Assembly: GCA_964016885.1 (NCBI GenBank)
Contig: OZ024740.1
Coordinates: 177,878,001-177,942,000, forward strand
Direction of reading: 5' to 3'
From: Eledone cirrhosa
Lineage: Eukaryota
DNA length: 64,000 nucleotides
Made by a program: the position numbers and the translations under genes. The notes beneath the pieces are model-generated. The model saw only the letters and a program-made list of their open reading frames with translations. It was not told where the DNA came from and did no database searches. Shown here piece by piece: positions 15,228-30,040 of this stretch (positions are counted from its first letter, which is position 1; every line of letters starts with the position of its first letter).

Positions 15228-17768
15228 TACCTGATAACTTGACACTCTCTCTCTCTCTCTCTCACTATCTTTTACCTGATAACTTGACACTCTCTCACTA
15301 TCACTGTCTCTTACCTGATAAGTTGACACTTTCTCTCTCTCTCTCTCACTATCTCTGTCTCCTACCTGATAGGTTAACACTCTCTCTCTCTCACTATCTC
15401 TGTCTCTTACCTGACAACTTGACACTCTCTCTCTCTCTTACCTGATAACTTGACACTCTCTCTCTTACCTGATAACTTGACACTCTCTCTCTCTCTCTCA
15501 CTATCTGTCTCTTACCTGATAGGTTGACACACTCTCTCTCACACTATCTCTCTCTCTTACCTGATAACTTGACACTCTCTCTCTCACACTATCTCTGTCT
15601 CTTACCTGATAACTTGACACTCTCTCTCTCACACTATCTCTGTCTCTTACCTGATAACTTGACGCTCTCTCTCTCACACTATCTCTATCTCTTACCTGAT
15701 AACTTGACACTCTCCCTCTCTCACTATCTCTTACCTGATAACTTGACACTCTCTCTCTCTCACTATCTCTCTCTCTTACCTGATAAGTTGACACTCTCTC
15801 TCTCTCTTACCTGATAACTTGACACTCTCTCTCTCACACTATCTCTGTCTCTTACCTGATAACTTGACACTCTCTCTCTCACACTATCTCTGTCTCTTAC
15901 CTGATAACTTGACACTCTCTCTCTCACACTATCTCTGTCTCTCACCTGATAACTTGACACTCTCTGTCTCTCACGCTATCTCTGTCTCTTACCTGATAAT
16001 TAGACACTCTCTCTCTCTCACTATCTCTGTATTTTACCTGATAACTTGACACTCTCTCTCTCACTATCTCTGTCTCTCACCTGATAAGTTGACACTTTCT
16101 CTCTCTCTCTCTCTCACACTATCTCTGTCTCTCACCTGATAACTTGACACTCTCTCTCTCTCACTATCTCTGTCTTTTACCTGATAACTTGACACTCTCT
16201 CTCTCTCTCACTATCTCTGTCTCTCACCCGATAACTTGGCACTCTCTCTCTCTCTCTCACTATCTCTGTCTCTTATCTGATAACTTGACACTCTCTCTCT
16301 CTCTCACTATCTCTCTCTCTCTCACTATCTCTGTCTCTTACCTGATAACTTGACACTCTCTCTCTCACTATCTCTCTCTCTTACCTGATAACTTGACACT
16401 CTCTCTCTCTCACTATCTCTGTCTCTTACCTGATAACTTGACACTCTCTCTCTCTCACTATCTCTGTCTCTTATCTGATAACTTGACACTCTCTCTCTCA
16501 CTATCTCTCTCTCTTACCTGATAACTTGACACTCTCTCTCTCACACTATCTCTGTCTCTTACCTGATAACTTGACACTCTCTCTCACACTATCTCTGTCT
16601 CTTACCTGATAAGTTGACACACTCTCTCTCTCTCACTGTCTCTGTCTCTTACCTGATAACGTGACACTCTCTCTCTCTCTCTCTCTCACTATCTCTTACC
16701 TGATAACTTGACACTCTCTCACTATCACTGTCTCTTACATGATAAGTTGACACTTTCTCTCTCTCTCTCTCTCACTATCTCTGTCTCCTACCCGATAGGT
16801 TAACACTCTCTCTCTCTCTCACTATCTCTCTCTCTTACCTGATAACTTGACACTCTCTCTCTTACCTGATAACTTGACACTCTCTCTCTCTCACTATCTG
16901 TCTCTTACCTGTTAGGTTGACACACTCTCTCTCACACTATCTCTCTCTCTCACCTGATAACTTGACACTCTCTCTCTCTCACTATCTCTGTCTTTTACCT
17001 GATAACTTGACACTCTCTCTCTCTCTCTCACTATCTCTGTCTCTCACCTGATAACTTGGCACTCTCTCTCTCACTATCTCTGTCTCTTACCTGATAAGTT
17101 GACACTCTCTCTCTCTCTCATTATCTCTGTCTCTTACCTGATAAGTTGACACACTCTCTCTCACACTATCTCTCTCTCTCACCTGATAACTTGACACTCT
17201 CTCTCTCTCACTATCTCTGTCTTTTACCTGATAACTTGACACTCTCTCTCTCTCTCACTATCTCTGTCTCTCACCTGATAACTTGGCACTCTCTCTCTCG
17301 CTCACTATCTCTGTCTCTTATCTGATAACTTGACACTCTCTCTCTCTCTCACTATCTCTGTCTCTTACCTAACTTGACACTCTCTCTCTCTCTTACCTGA
17401 TAACTTGACACTCTCTCTCTCTCACTATCTCTGTCTCTTACCTGATAACTTGACACTCTCTCTCTCTCACTATCTCTGTCTCTTACCTGATAACTTGACA
17501 CTCTCTCTCTCTCACTATCTCTGTCTCTTATCTGATAACTTGACACTCTCTCTCTCTCTCTCTCTCACTCTTACCTGATAACTTGACACTCTCTCTCTCA
17601 CACTATCTCTGTCTCTTACCTGATAAGTTGACACTCTCTCTCTCACACTATCTCTGTCTCTTACCTGATAAGTTGACACTCTCTCTCTCTCACTATCTCT
17701 GTCTCTTACCTGATAAGTTGACACTCTCTCTCTCTCTCACTGTCTCTGTCTCTTACCTGATAACGTGA

Positions 17769-17810
<42 letters not shown>

Positions 17811-20800
17811 TACCTGATAACTTGACACTCTCTCTCTCTCTCTCTCACTATCTTTTACCTGATAACTTGACACTCTCTCACTATCACTGTCTCTTACCTG
17901 ATGAGTTGACACTTTCTCTCTCTCTCTCTCACTATCTCTGTCTCCTACCTGATAGGTTAACACTCTCTCTCTCTCACTATCTCTGTCTCTTACCTGACAA
18001 CTTGACACTCTCTCTCTCTCTTACCTGATAACTTGACACTCTCTCTCTTACCTGATAACTTGACACTCTCTCTCTCTCTCTCACTATCTGTCTCTTACCT
18101 GATAGGTTGACACACTCTCTCTCACACTATCTCTCTCTCTTACCTGATAACTTGACACTCTCTCTCTCACACTATCTCTGTCTCTTACCTGATAACTTGA
18201 CACTCTCTCTCTCACACTATCTCTGTCTCTTACCTGATAACTTGACGCTCTCTCTCTCACACTATCTCTATCTCTTACCTGATAACTTGACACTCTCCCT
18301 CTCTCACTATCTCTTACCTGATAACTTGACACTCTCTCTCTCTCACTATCTCTCTCTCTTACCTGATAAGTTGACACTCTCTCTCTCTCTTACCTGATAA
18401 CTTGACACTCTCTCTCTCACACTATCTCTGTCTCTTACCTGATAACTTGACACTCTCTCTCTCACACTATCTCTGTCTCTTACCTGATAACTTGACACTC
18501 TCTCTCTCACACTATCTCTGTCTCTTACCTGATAACTTGACACTCTCTCTCTCACACTATCTCTATCTCTTACCTGATAACTTGACACTCTCTCTCTCTC
18601 ACTATCTCTTACCTGATAACTTGACACTCTCTCTCTCTCACTATCTCTCTCTCCTACCTGATAACTTGACACTCTCTCTCTCACACTATCTCTGTCTCTT
18701 ACCTGATAACTTGACACTCTCTCTCTCACACTATCTCTGTCTCTTACCTGATAACTTGACACTCTCTCTCTCTCACACTATCTCTGTCTCTTACCTGATT
18801 ACTTGACACTCTCTCTCACACACTATCTCTGTCTCTTACCTGATAAGTTGACACTCTCTCTCTCTCACTATCTCTGTCTCTTACATGATTACTTGACACT
18901 CTCTCTCTCACACTATCTCTGTCTCTCACCTGATAACTTGACACTCTCTCTCTCTCTCACTATCTCTGTCTCTTACCTGATAACTTGGCACTCTCTCTCT
19001 CTCTCACTATCTCTGTCTCTTACCTGATAACTTGGCACTCTCTCTCTCTCACTATCTCTCACTCTTACCTGATAGGTTGACACTCTCTCTCTCTCACTAT
19101 CTCTGTCTCTCACCTGATAAATTGACACACTCTCTCTCTCACACTATCTCTGTCTCTTACCTGATAGGTTGACACTCTCTCTCTCTCACTATCTTTGTCT
19201 CTTACCTGATAAGTTGACACTTTCTCTCTCTCTCTCTCACACTATCTCTGTCTCTTACCTGATAACTTGGCACTCTCTCTCTCTCACACTATCTCTGTCT
19301 CTTACCTGATAAGTTGACACTCTCTCTCTCTCACCATCTCTGTCTCTTACCTGATAAGTTGACACTTTCTCTCTCTCTCTCTCACACTATCTCTGTCTCT
19401 TACCTGATAACTTGGCACTCTCTCTCTCTCTCACTATCTCTGTCTCTTATCTGATAACTTCACACTCTCTCTCTCTCTCACTATCTCTGTCTCTTACCTG
19501 ATAACTTGACACTCTCTCTCTCTCACACTATATCTGTCTCTTACCTGATAAGTTGACACTCTCTCTCTCTCTCACTATCTCTTACCTGATAACTTGACAC
19601 TCTCTCTCTCACTATCTCTGTCTCTTACCTGATAACTTGACACTCTCTCTCTCTCTCACTATCTCGGTCTCTTACCTGATAAGTTGACACTCTCTCTCTC
19701 ACACTATCTCTATCTCTTACCTGATAACTTGACACTCTCTCTCTCTCACTATCTCTGTCTCTTACCTGATAACTTGACACTCTCTCTCTCTCACTATCTC
19801 TCTCTCCTACCTGATAACTTGACACTCTCTCTCTCACACTATCTCTGTCTCTTACCTGATAACTTGACACTCTCTCTCTCACACTATCTCTGTCTCTTAC
19901 CTGATAACTTGACACTCTCTCTCTCTCACACTATCTCTGTCTCTTACCTGATTACTTGACACTCTCTCTCACACACTATCTCTGTCTCTTACCTGATAAC
20001 TTGACACTCTCTCTCTCTCACTATCTCTCTCTCCTACCTGATAACTTGACACTCTCTCTCTCACACTATCTCTGTCTCTTACCTGATAACTTGACACTCT
20101 CTCTCTCTCACACTATCTCTGTCTCTTACATGATTACTTGACACTCTCTCTCTCACACTATCTCTGTCTCTCACCTGATAACTTGACACTCTCTCTCTCT
20201 CTCACTATCTCTGTCTCTTACCTGATAACTTGGCACTCTCTCTCTCTCTCTCACTATCTCTGTCTCTTACCTGATAACTTGAAACTCTCTCTCTCTCTCA
20301 CTATCTCTCACTCTTACCTGATAGGTTGACACTCTCTCTCTCTCACTATCTCTGTCTCTCACCTGATAAATTGACACACTCTCTCTCTCACACTATCTCT
20401 GTCTCTTACCTGATAGGTTGACACTCTCTCTCTCTCACTATCTCTGTCTCTTACCTGATAAGTTGACACTTTCTCTCTCTCTCTCTCACACTATCTGTCT
20501 CTTACCTGATAACTTGGCACTCTCTCTCTCTCACACTATCTCTGTCTCTTACCTGATAAGTTGACACTCTCTCTCTCTCACTATCTCTGTCTCTTACCTG
20601 ATAAGTTGACACTTTCTCTCTCTCTCTCTCACACTATCTCTGTCTCTTACCTGATAACTTGGCACTCTCTCTCTCTCTCACTATCTCTGTCTCTTATCTG
20701 ATAACTTCACACTCTCTCTCTCTCTCACTATCTCTGTCTCTTACCTGATAACTTGACACTCTCTCTCTCACACTATATCTGTCTCTTACCTGATAAGTTG

Positions 20801-23800
20801 ACACTTTCTCTCTCTCTCACTATCTCTTACCTGATAACTTGACACTCTCTCTCTCTCTCACTATCTCTGTCTCTTACCTGATAACTTGACACTCTCTCTC
20901 TCTCTCACTATCTCTGTCTCTTACCTGATAAGTTGACACTCTCTCTCTCACACTATCTCTATCTCTTACCTGATAACTTGACACTCTCTCTCTCTCACTA
21001 TCTCTATCTCTTACCTGATAAGTTGACACTCTCTCTCTCACACTATCTCTGTCTCTTACCTGATAACTTGACACTCTCTCTCTCTCACTATATATATCTC
21101 TTACCTGATAAGTTGACACTCTCTCTCTCTCTCTCACTATCTCTGTCTCTTATCTGATAACTTGACACTCTCTCTCTCTCTCACTATCTCTCTCTCTCTC
21201 ACTATCTCTGTCTCTTACCTGATAACTTGACACTCTCTCTCTCACTATCTCTCTCTCTTACCTGATAACTTGACACTCTCTCTCTCACACTATCTCTGTC
21301 TCTTACCTGATAACTTGACACTCTCTCTCTCACACTATCTCTGTCTCTCACCTGATAACTTGACACTCTCTCTCTCTCACGCTATCTCTGTCTCTTACCT
21401 GATAATTAGACACTCTCTCTCTCTCACTATCTCTGTATTTTACCTGATAACTTGACACTCTCTCTCACACTATCTCTATCTCTTACCTGATAACTTGACA
21501 CTCTCTCTCTCTCACTATCTCTATCTCTTACCTGATAAGTTGACACTCTCTCTCTCACACTATCTCTGTCTCTTACCTGATAACTTGACACTCTCTCTCT
21601 CTCACTATATATATCTCTTACCTGATAAGTTGACACTCTCTCTCTCACACTATCTCTGTCTCTTACCTGATAACTTGACACTCTCTCTCTCTCACTATCT
21701 CTGTCTCTTACCTGATTACTTGACACTCTCTCTCTCTCTCTCACACTATCTCTGTCTCTTACCTGATAACTTGACACTCTCTCTCTCACACTATCTCTGT
21801 CTCTTACCTGATAACTTGACACTCTCTCTCTCACACTATCTCTGTCTCTTACCTGATAACTTGACACTCTCTCTCTCACACTATCTCTGTCTCTTACCTG
21901 ATAACTTGACACTCTCTCTCTCACACTATCTCTATCTCTTACCTGATAACTTGACACTCTCTCTCTCTCACTATCTCTTACCTGATAACTTGACACTCTC
22001 TCTCTCTCACTATCTCTCTCTCCTACCTGATAACTTGACACTCTCTCTCTCACACTATCTCTGTCTCTTACCTGATAACTTGACACTCTCTCTCTCACAC
22101 TATCTCTGTCTCTTACCTGATAACTTGACACTCTCTCTCTCTCTCACACTATCTCTGTCTCTTACCTGATTACTTGACACTCTCTCTCACACACTATCTC
22201 TGTCTCTTACCTGATAAGTTGACACTCTCTCTCTCTCACTATCTCTGTCTCTTACATGATTACTTGACACTCTCTCTCTCACACTATCTCTGTCTCTCAC
22301 CTGATAACTTGACACTCTCTCTCTCTCTCACTATCTCTGTCTCTTACCTGATAACTTGGCACTCTCTCTCTCTCTCACTATCTCTGTCTCTTACCTGATA
22401 ACTTGGCACTCTCTCTCTCTCACTATCTCTCACTCTTACCTGATAGGTTGACACTCTCTCTCTCTCACTATCTCTGTCTCTCACCTGATAAATTGACACA
22501 CTCTCTCTCTCACACTATCTCTGTCTCTTACCTGATAGGTTGACACTCTCTCTCTCTCACTATCTTTGTCTCTTACCTGATAAGTTGACACTTTCTCTCT
22601 CTCTCTCTCACACTATCTCTGTCTCTTACCTGATAACTTGGCACTCTCTCTCTCTCACACTATCTCTGTCTCTTACCTGATAAGTTGACACTCTCTCTCT
22701 CTCACCATCTCTGTCTCTTACCTGATAAGTTGACACTTTCTCTCTCTCTCTCTCACACTATCTCTGTCTCTTACCTGATAACTTGGCACTCTCTCTCTCT
22801 CTCACTATCTCTGTCTCTTATCTGATAACTTCACACTCTCTCTCTCTCTCACTATCTCTGTCTCTTACCTGATAACTTGACACTCTCTCTCTCTCACACT
22901 ATATCTGTCTCTTACCTGATAAGTTGACACTCTCTCTCTCTCTCACTATCTCTTACCTGATAACTTGACACTCTCTCTCTCACTATCTCTGTCTCTTACC
23001 TGATAACTTGACACTCTCTCTCTCTCTCACTATCTCTGTCTCTTACCTGATAAGTTGACACTCTCTCTCTCACACTATCTCTATCTCTTACCTGATAACT
23101 TGACACTCTCTCTCTCTCACTATCTCTGTCTCTTACCTGATAACTTGACACTCTCTCTCTCTCACTATCTCTCTCTCCTACCTGATAACTTGACACTCTC
23201 TCTCTCACACTATCTCTGTCTCTTACCTGATAACTTGACACTCTCTCTCTCACACTATCTCTGTCTCTTACCTGATAACTTGACACTCTCTCTCTCTCAC
23301 ACTATCTCTGTCTCTTACCTGATTACTTGACACTCTCTCTCACACACTATCTCTGTCTCTTACCTGATAACTTGACACTCTCTCTCTCTCACTATCTCTC
23401 TCTCCTACCTGATAACTTGACACTCTCTCTCTCACACTATCTCTGTCTCTTACCTGATAACTTGACACTCTCTCTCTCTCACACTATCTCTGTCTCTTAC
23501 ATGATTACTTGACACTCTCTCTCTCACACTATCTCTGTCTCTCACCTGATAACTTGACACTCTCTCTCTCTCTCACTATCTCTGTCTCTTACCTGATAAC
23601 TTGGCACTCTCTCTCTCTCTCTCACTATCTCTGTCTCTTACCTGATAACTTGAAACTCTCTCTCTCTCTCACTATCTCTCACTCTTACCTGATAGGTTGA
23701 CACTCTCTCTCTCTCACTATCTCTGTCTCTCACCTGATAAATTGACACACTCTCTCTCTCACACTATCTCTGTCTCTTACCTGATAGGTTGACACTCTCT

Positions 23801-24984
23801 CTCTCTCACTATCTCTGTCTCTTACCTGATAAGTTGACACTTTCTCTCTCTCTCTCTCACACTATCTCTGTCTCTTACCTGATAACTTGGCACTCTCTCT
23901 GTCTCTTACCTGATAAGTTGACACTCTCTCTCTCTCACTATCTCTGTCTCTTACCTGATAAGTTGACACTTTCTCTCTCTCTCTCTCACACTATCTCTGT
24001 CTCTTACCTGATAACTTGGCACTCTCTCTCTCTCTCACTATCTCTGTCTCTTATCTGATAACTTCACACTCTCTCTCTCTCTCACTATCTCTGTCTCTTA
24101 CCTGATAACTTGACACTCTCTCTCTCACACTATATCTGTCTCTTACCTGATAAGTTGACACTCTCTCTCTCTCTCACTATCTCTTACCTGATAACTTGAC
24201 ACTCTCTCTCTCTCTCACTATCTCTGTCTCTTACCTGATAACTTGACACTCTCTCTCTCTCTCACTATCTCTGTCTCTTACCTGATAAGTTGACACTCTC
24301 TCTCTCACACTATCTCTATCTCTTACCTGATAACTTGACACTCTCTCTCTCTCACTATCTCTATCTCTTACCTGATAAGTTGACACTCTCTCTCTCACAC
24401 TATCTCTGTCTCTTACCTGATAACTTGACACTCTCTCTCTCTCACTATATATATCTCTTACCTGATAAGTTGACACTCTCTCTCTCACACTATCTCTGTC
24501 TCTTACCTGATAACTTGACACTCTCTCTCTCTCACTATCTCTGTCTCTTACCTGATTACTTGACACTCTCTCTCTCTCTCTCACACTATCTCTGTCTCTT
24601 ACCTGATAACTTGACACTCTCTCTCTCTCACTATCTCTGTCTCTTACCTGATTACTTGACACTCTCTCTCTCTCTCTCACACTATCTCTGTCTCTTACCT
24701 GATAACTTGACACTCTCTCTCTCACACTATCTCTGTCTCTTACCTGATAACTTGACACTCTCTCTCACACACTATCTCTGTCTCTTACCTGATAACTTGA
24801 CACTCTCTCTCTCACACTATCTCTGTCTCTTACCTGATAAGTTGACACTCTCTCTCTCACACTATCTCTGTCTCTTACCTGATAAGTTGACACTCTCTCT
24901 CTCTCTCACTGTCTCTGTCTCTTACCTGATAACGTGACACTCACTCTCTCTCTCACTATCTCTGTCTCTTACCTGATAAGTTGA

Positions 24985-25028
<44 letters not shown>

Positions 25029-26913
25029 TACCTGATAACTTGACACTCTCTCACTATCACTGTCTCTTACCTGATAAGTTGACACTTTCTCTCTCTCTCT
25101 CTCTCACTATCTCTGTCTCTTACCTGATAACTTGACACACTCTCTCTCTCTCTCTCTCACTATCTGTCTCTTACCTGATAAGTTGACACTTTCTCTCTCT
25201 CTCACACTATCTCTGTCTCTTACCTGATAAGTTGACACTCTCTCTCTTACCTGATAACTTGACACACTCTCTCTCTCTCTCTCTCACTATCTGTCTCTTC
25301 CCTGATAGGTTGACACTCTCTCTCTCTCACTATCTCTGTCTCTTACCTGATAAGTTGACACTCTCTCTCTCACACTATCTCTGTCTCTTACCTGATAAGT
25401 TGACACACTCTCTCTCACACTATCTCTGTCTCTTACCTGATAACTTGACACTCTCTCTCTCTCACTATCTCTGTCTCTTACCTGATAAGTTGACACTCTC
25501 TCTCTCACACTCTCTCTCTCTCTTACCTGATAACTTGACACTCTCTCTCTTACCTGATAACTTGACACACTCTTTCTCTCTCTCTCTCACTATCTGTCTC
25601 TTACCTGATAATTAGACACTCTCTCTCTCTCACTATCTCTCTCTCTTACCTGATAACTTGACACTCTCTCTCTCACACTATCTCTGTCTCTTACCTGATA
25701 ACTTGACACTCTCTCTCTCTCACTATCTCTGTCTTTTACCTGATAACTTGACACTCTCTCTCTCACACTATCTCTGTCTCTTACCTGATAACTTGACACT
25801 CTCTCTCTCACACTATCTCTGTCTCTTACCTGATAACTTGACACTCTCTCTCTCTCTCTCTCTTACCTGATAACTTGACACTCTCTCTCTCACACTATCT
25901 CTGTCTCTTACCTGATAAGTTGACACTCTCTCTCTCACACTATCTCTGTCTCTTACCTGATAACTTGACACTCTCTCTCTCTCACTATCTCTGTCTCTTA
26001 CCTGATAACTTGACACTCTCTCTCTCGCTATCTCTGTCTCTTACCTGATAACCTGACACTCTCTCTCTCTCTCTCACTATCTCTGTCTCTTACCTGATAA
26101 TGTGACACTCTCTCTCTCTCTCACTATCTCTGTCTCTTACCTGATAATTTGACATTCTCTCTCTCTCTCTCTCTCTCTTACCTGATAACTTGACACTCTC
26201 TCTCTCTCACTATCTCTGTCTCTTACCTGATAACGTGACACTCTCTCTCTCTCTCACTATCTCTGTCTCTTACCTGATAAGTTGACACTCTCTCTCTCTC
26301 ACTATCTCTGTCTCTTACCTGATAAGTTGACACTCTCTCTCTCTCACTATCTCTGTCTCTTACCTGATAAGTTGACACACTCTCTCTCACACTATCTCTG
26401 TCTCTCACCTGATAACTTGACACTCTCTCTCTCTCTCACTCTCTCTGTCTCTTACCTGATAACTTGACACTCTCTCTCTCTCACTATCTCTGTCTCTTAC
26501 CTGATTACTTGACACTCTCTCTCTCACCTAATAACTTGACACTCTCTCTCTCTCACACTATCTCTGTCTCTTACCTGATTACTTGACACTCTCTCTCTCA
26601 CTATCTCTGTCTCTCACCTAATAAGTTGACACTTTCTCTCTCTCTCTCACTATCTCTGTCTCTTACCTGATAATGTGACACTCTCTCTCTCTCACTATCT
26701 CTCTCTCTTACCTGATAACTTGACACTCTCTCTCTCTCTCACTATCTCTGTCTCTTACCTGATATGTTGACACTTTCTCTCTCTCTCTCTCTCGCTATCT
26801 CTGTCTCTTACCTGATAACTTGACACTCTCTCTCTCTCACTATCTCTGTCTCTTACCTGATAAGTTGACACTCTCTCTCTCTCACTATCTCTGTCTCTTA
26901 CCTGATAACTTTG

Positions 26914-26955
<42 letters not shown>

Positions 26956-27549
26956 GTCTCTTACCTGATAAGTTGACACTCTCTCTCTCTCTCACTATCT
27001 CTGTCTCTTACCTGACAACTTGACACTCTCTCTCTCTCACTATCTCTGTCTTTTACCTGATAACTTGACACTCTCTCTCTCTCACTATCTCTGTCTCTTA
27101 CCTGATAACTTGACACTCTCTCTTTCACACTATCTCTGTCTTACCTGATAACTTGACACTCTCTCTCTCACCTGATAACTTGACACTCTCTCTCTCTCTC
27201 TCACTATCTCTGTCTCTTACCTGATAACTTGACACTCTCTCTCTCACACTATCTCTGTCTTACCTGATAACTTGACACTCTCTCTCTCACTATCTCTGTC
27301 TCTTACCTGATTACTTGACACTCTCTCTCTCACACTATCTCTGTCTCTCACCTGATAACTTGACACTCTCTCTCTCTCACACTATCTCTGTCTCTTACCT
27401 GATTACTTGACACTCTCTCTCTCACTATCTCTGTCTCTCACCTGATAAGTTGACACTTTCTCTCTCTTTCTCACTATCTCTGTCTCTTACCTGATAATGT
27501 GACACTCTCTCTCTCTCACTATCTCTCTCTCTTACCTGATAACTTGACA

Positions 27550-27581
<32 letters not shown>

Positions 27582-30040
27582 GTCTCTTACCTGATATGTT
27601 GACACTTTCTCTCTCTCTCTCTCGCTATCTCTGTCTCTTACCTGATAACTTGACACTCTCTCTCTCTCACTATCTCTGTCTCTTACCTGATAAGTTGACA
27701 CTCTCTCTCTCTCTCTCTCTCACTATCTCTGTCTCTTACCTGATAACTTTGCACTCTCTCTCTCTCTCTCTCACTATCTCTGACTCTTACCTGATAGGTT
27801 GACACTCTCTCTCTCTCACACTATCTGTCTCTTACCTGATAAGTTGACACTCTCTCTCTCTCTCACTATCTCTGTCTCTGTCTCTTACCTGACAACTTGA
27901 CACTCTCTCTCTCTCACTATCTCTGTCTCTTACCTGATAAGTTGACACTCTCTCTCTCTCTCTCACTATCTCTTACCTAATAACTTGACACTCTCTCTCT
28001 CACACTATCTCTGTCTTACCTGATAACTTGACACTCTCTCTCTCACCTGATAACTTGACACTCTCTCTCTCTCTCACTATCTCTGTCTCTTACCTGATAA
28101 CTTGACACTCTCTCTCTCACACTATCTCTGTCTTACCTGATAACTTGACACTCTCTCTCTCACTATCTCTGTCTCTTACCTGATAACTTGACACTCTCTC
28201 TCTCTCTCTCTCACTATCTCTGTCTCTTACCTGATAACTTGACACTCTCTCTCTCTCTCTGACATGATTACTTGACACACTCTCTCTGTCTCTCACACTA
28301 TCTCTGTCTCCTACCTGATTACTTGACACTCTCTCTTTCTCTCTCTATCTGTCTCTTACCTGATAGGATGACACTCTCTCTCCCTCACACTATCTCTGTC
28401 TCTTACCTGATAGTGTGAGGGAGAGAGAGTGTCAACCTATCAGGTAAGAGACAGAGATAGTGTGAGGGAGAGAGTGTCAACCTATCTCTGTCTCTTACCT
28501 GATAGGTTGACACTCTCTCTCTCTCTCTCTCTCACTATTTCTGTCTTGACTGATTATTTGACACACACTCTCTCTCTCTCACTATCTCTGTCTCTTACCT
28601 GATAACTTGACACTCTCTCTCTCTCTCTCACACTATCTCTCTCTCTTACCTGATAATTTGACACTCTCTCTCTCTCACTATCTCTGTCTTTTACCTGACA
28701 ACTTGACACTCTCTCTCTCACACTATCTCTGTCTCTTACCTGATAATTTGACACTCTCTCTCTCTCTTACCTGATAACTTGACACTCTCTCTCTCTCTCA
28801 CTATCTCTGTCTTTTACCTGACAACTTGACACTGTCTCTCTCAAACTATCTCTGTCTTTTACCTGACAACTTGACACTCTCTCTCTCTCTTACCTGATAA
28901 CTTGACACTCTCTCTCTCACACTATCTCTCTCTCTTACCTGATAACTTGACACTCTCTCTCTCTCACTATCTCTGTCTCTTACCTGATAAGTTGACACTC
29001 TCTCTCTCTCACTATCTCTGTCTCTTACCTGATAACGTGACACTCTCTCTCTCACACTATCTCTCTCTCTTACCTGATAACTTGACACTCTCTCTCTCTC
29101 ACTATCTCTGTCTCTTACCTGATAAGTTGACACTATCTCTGTCTCTTACCTGATAAGTTGACACTATCTCTGTCTCTTACCTGATAAGTTGACACTCTCT
29201 CTCTCTCACTATCTCTGTCTCTTACCTGATAACGTGACACTCTCTCTCTCACACTATCTCTGTCTCTCACCTGATAACTTGACACTCTCAATCTCTCACA
29301 CTATCTCTGTCTTTTACCTGATAACTTGGCACTCTCTCTCTCACACTATCTCTGTCTCTTACCTGATAACTTGACACTCTCTCTCTCACTATCTCTGTCT
29401 CTTACCTGACAACTTGACACTGTCTCACTATCTCTGTCTCTTACCTGACAACTTGACACTCTCTCTCTCTCTCTCACACTATCTCTGTCTCTTATCTGAT
29501 AATTAGACACTCTCAATCTCTCTCACTATCTCTGTCTCTTATCTGACAACTTGACACTCTCTCTCTCTCTCACTATCTCTGTCTTACCTGATAACTTGAC
29601 ACTCTCTCTCTCTCTCACTATCTCTGTCTTTTACCTGATAACTTGACACTCTCTCTCTCTCTCACTATCTCTGTCTCTTACCTGATAACTTGGCACTCTC
29701 TCTCTCTCTCACTATCTCTGTCTCTTACCTGATAACTTGGCACTCTCTCTCTCTCTCACTATCTCTGTCTCTTACCTGACAACTTGACACACTCTCTCTC
29801 TCTCTCTCACACTATCTCTGTCTCTTATCTGACAACTTGACACTCTCTCTCTCACTATCTCTGTCTTACCTGATAACTTGACACTCTCTCTCTCTCTCTC
29901 ACTATCTCTGTCTCTTACCTGACAACTTGAGACTCCCTCTCTCTCTCTAACACTATCTCTGTGTCTTACCTGACGACTTGACACCTCTCTCACTCTCCCA
30001 CTATCTCTTTCTCTTTGTCTTACCTGATAACTTGACACTC
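8556..30040. repeat. ~21.5 kb intronic tandem array; unit ~45 bp (+/-2n) CACTATCTCTGTCTCTTACCTGATAACTTGACA(CT)n, derived from the exon 30024-30180 donor junction; nested higher-order repeats
   Basis: Directly visible. Unit length varies through the (CT)n tract. Copy number is roughly 480-500, estimated from length, not counted. The last unit overlaps the exon end (30024-30040). Confidence 0.97.

Noticed and set aside
12208-30038. Dozens of ORFs such as (SSYQVRDRDSVRERV)n and (LTLSLSHYLCLLPDN)n, resembling RS/RD-rich proteins
   Set aside because: They arise when consecutive units are 45 bp. Frames break wherever (CT)n length changes, and most starts are GTG/TTG. They are satellite translations.
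8556-30040. CRISPR-like appearance (constant ~30 bp motif with variable intervening sequence)
   Set aside because: The intervening parts are only (CT)n length variants, not unique spacers. The context is a eukaryotic intron with no cas genes.
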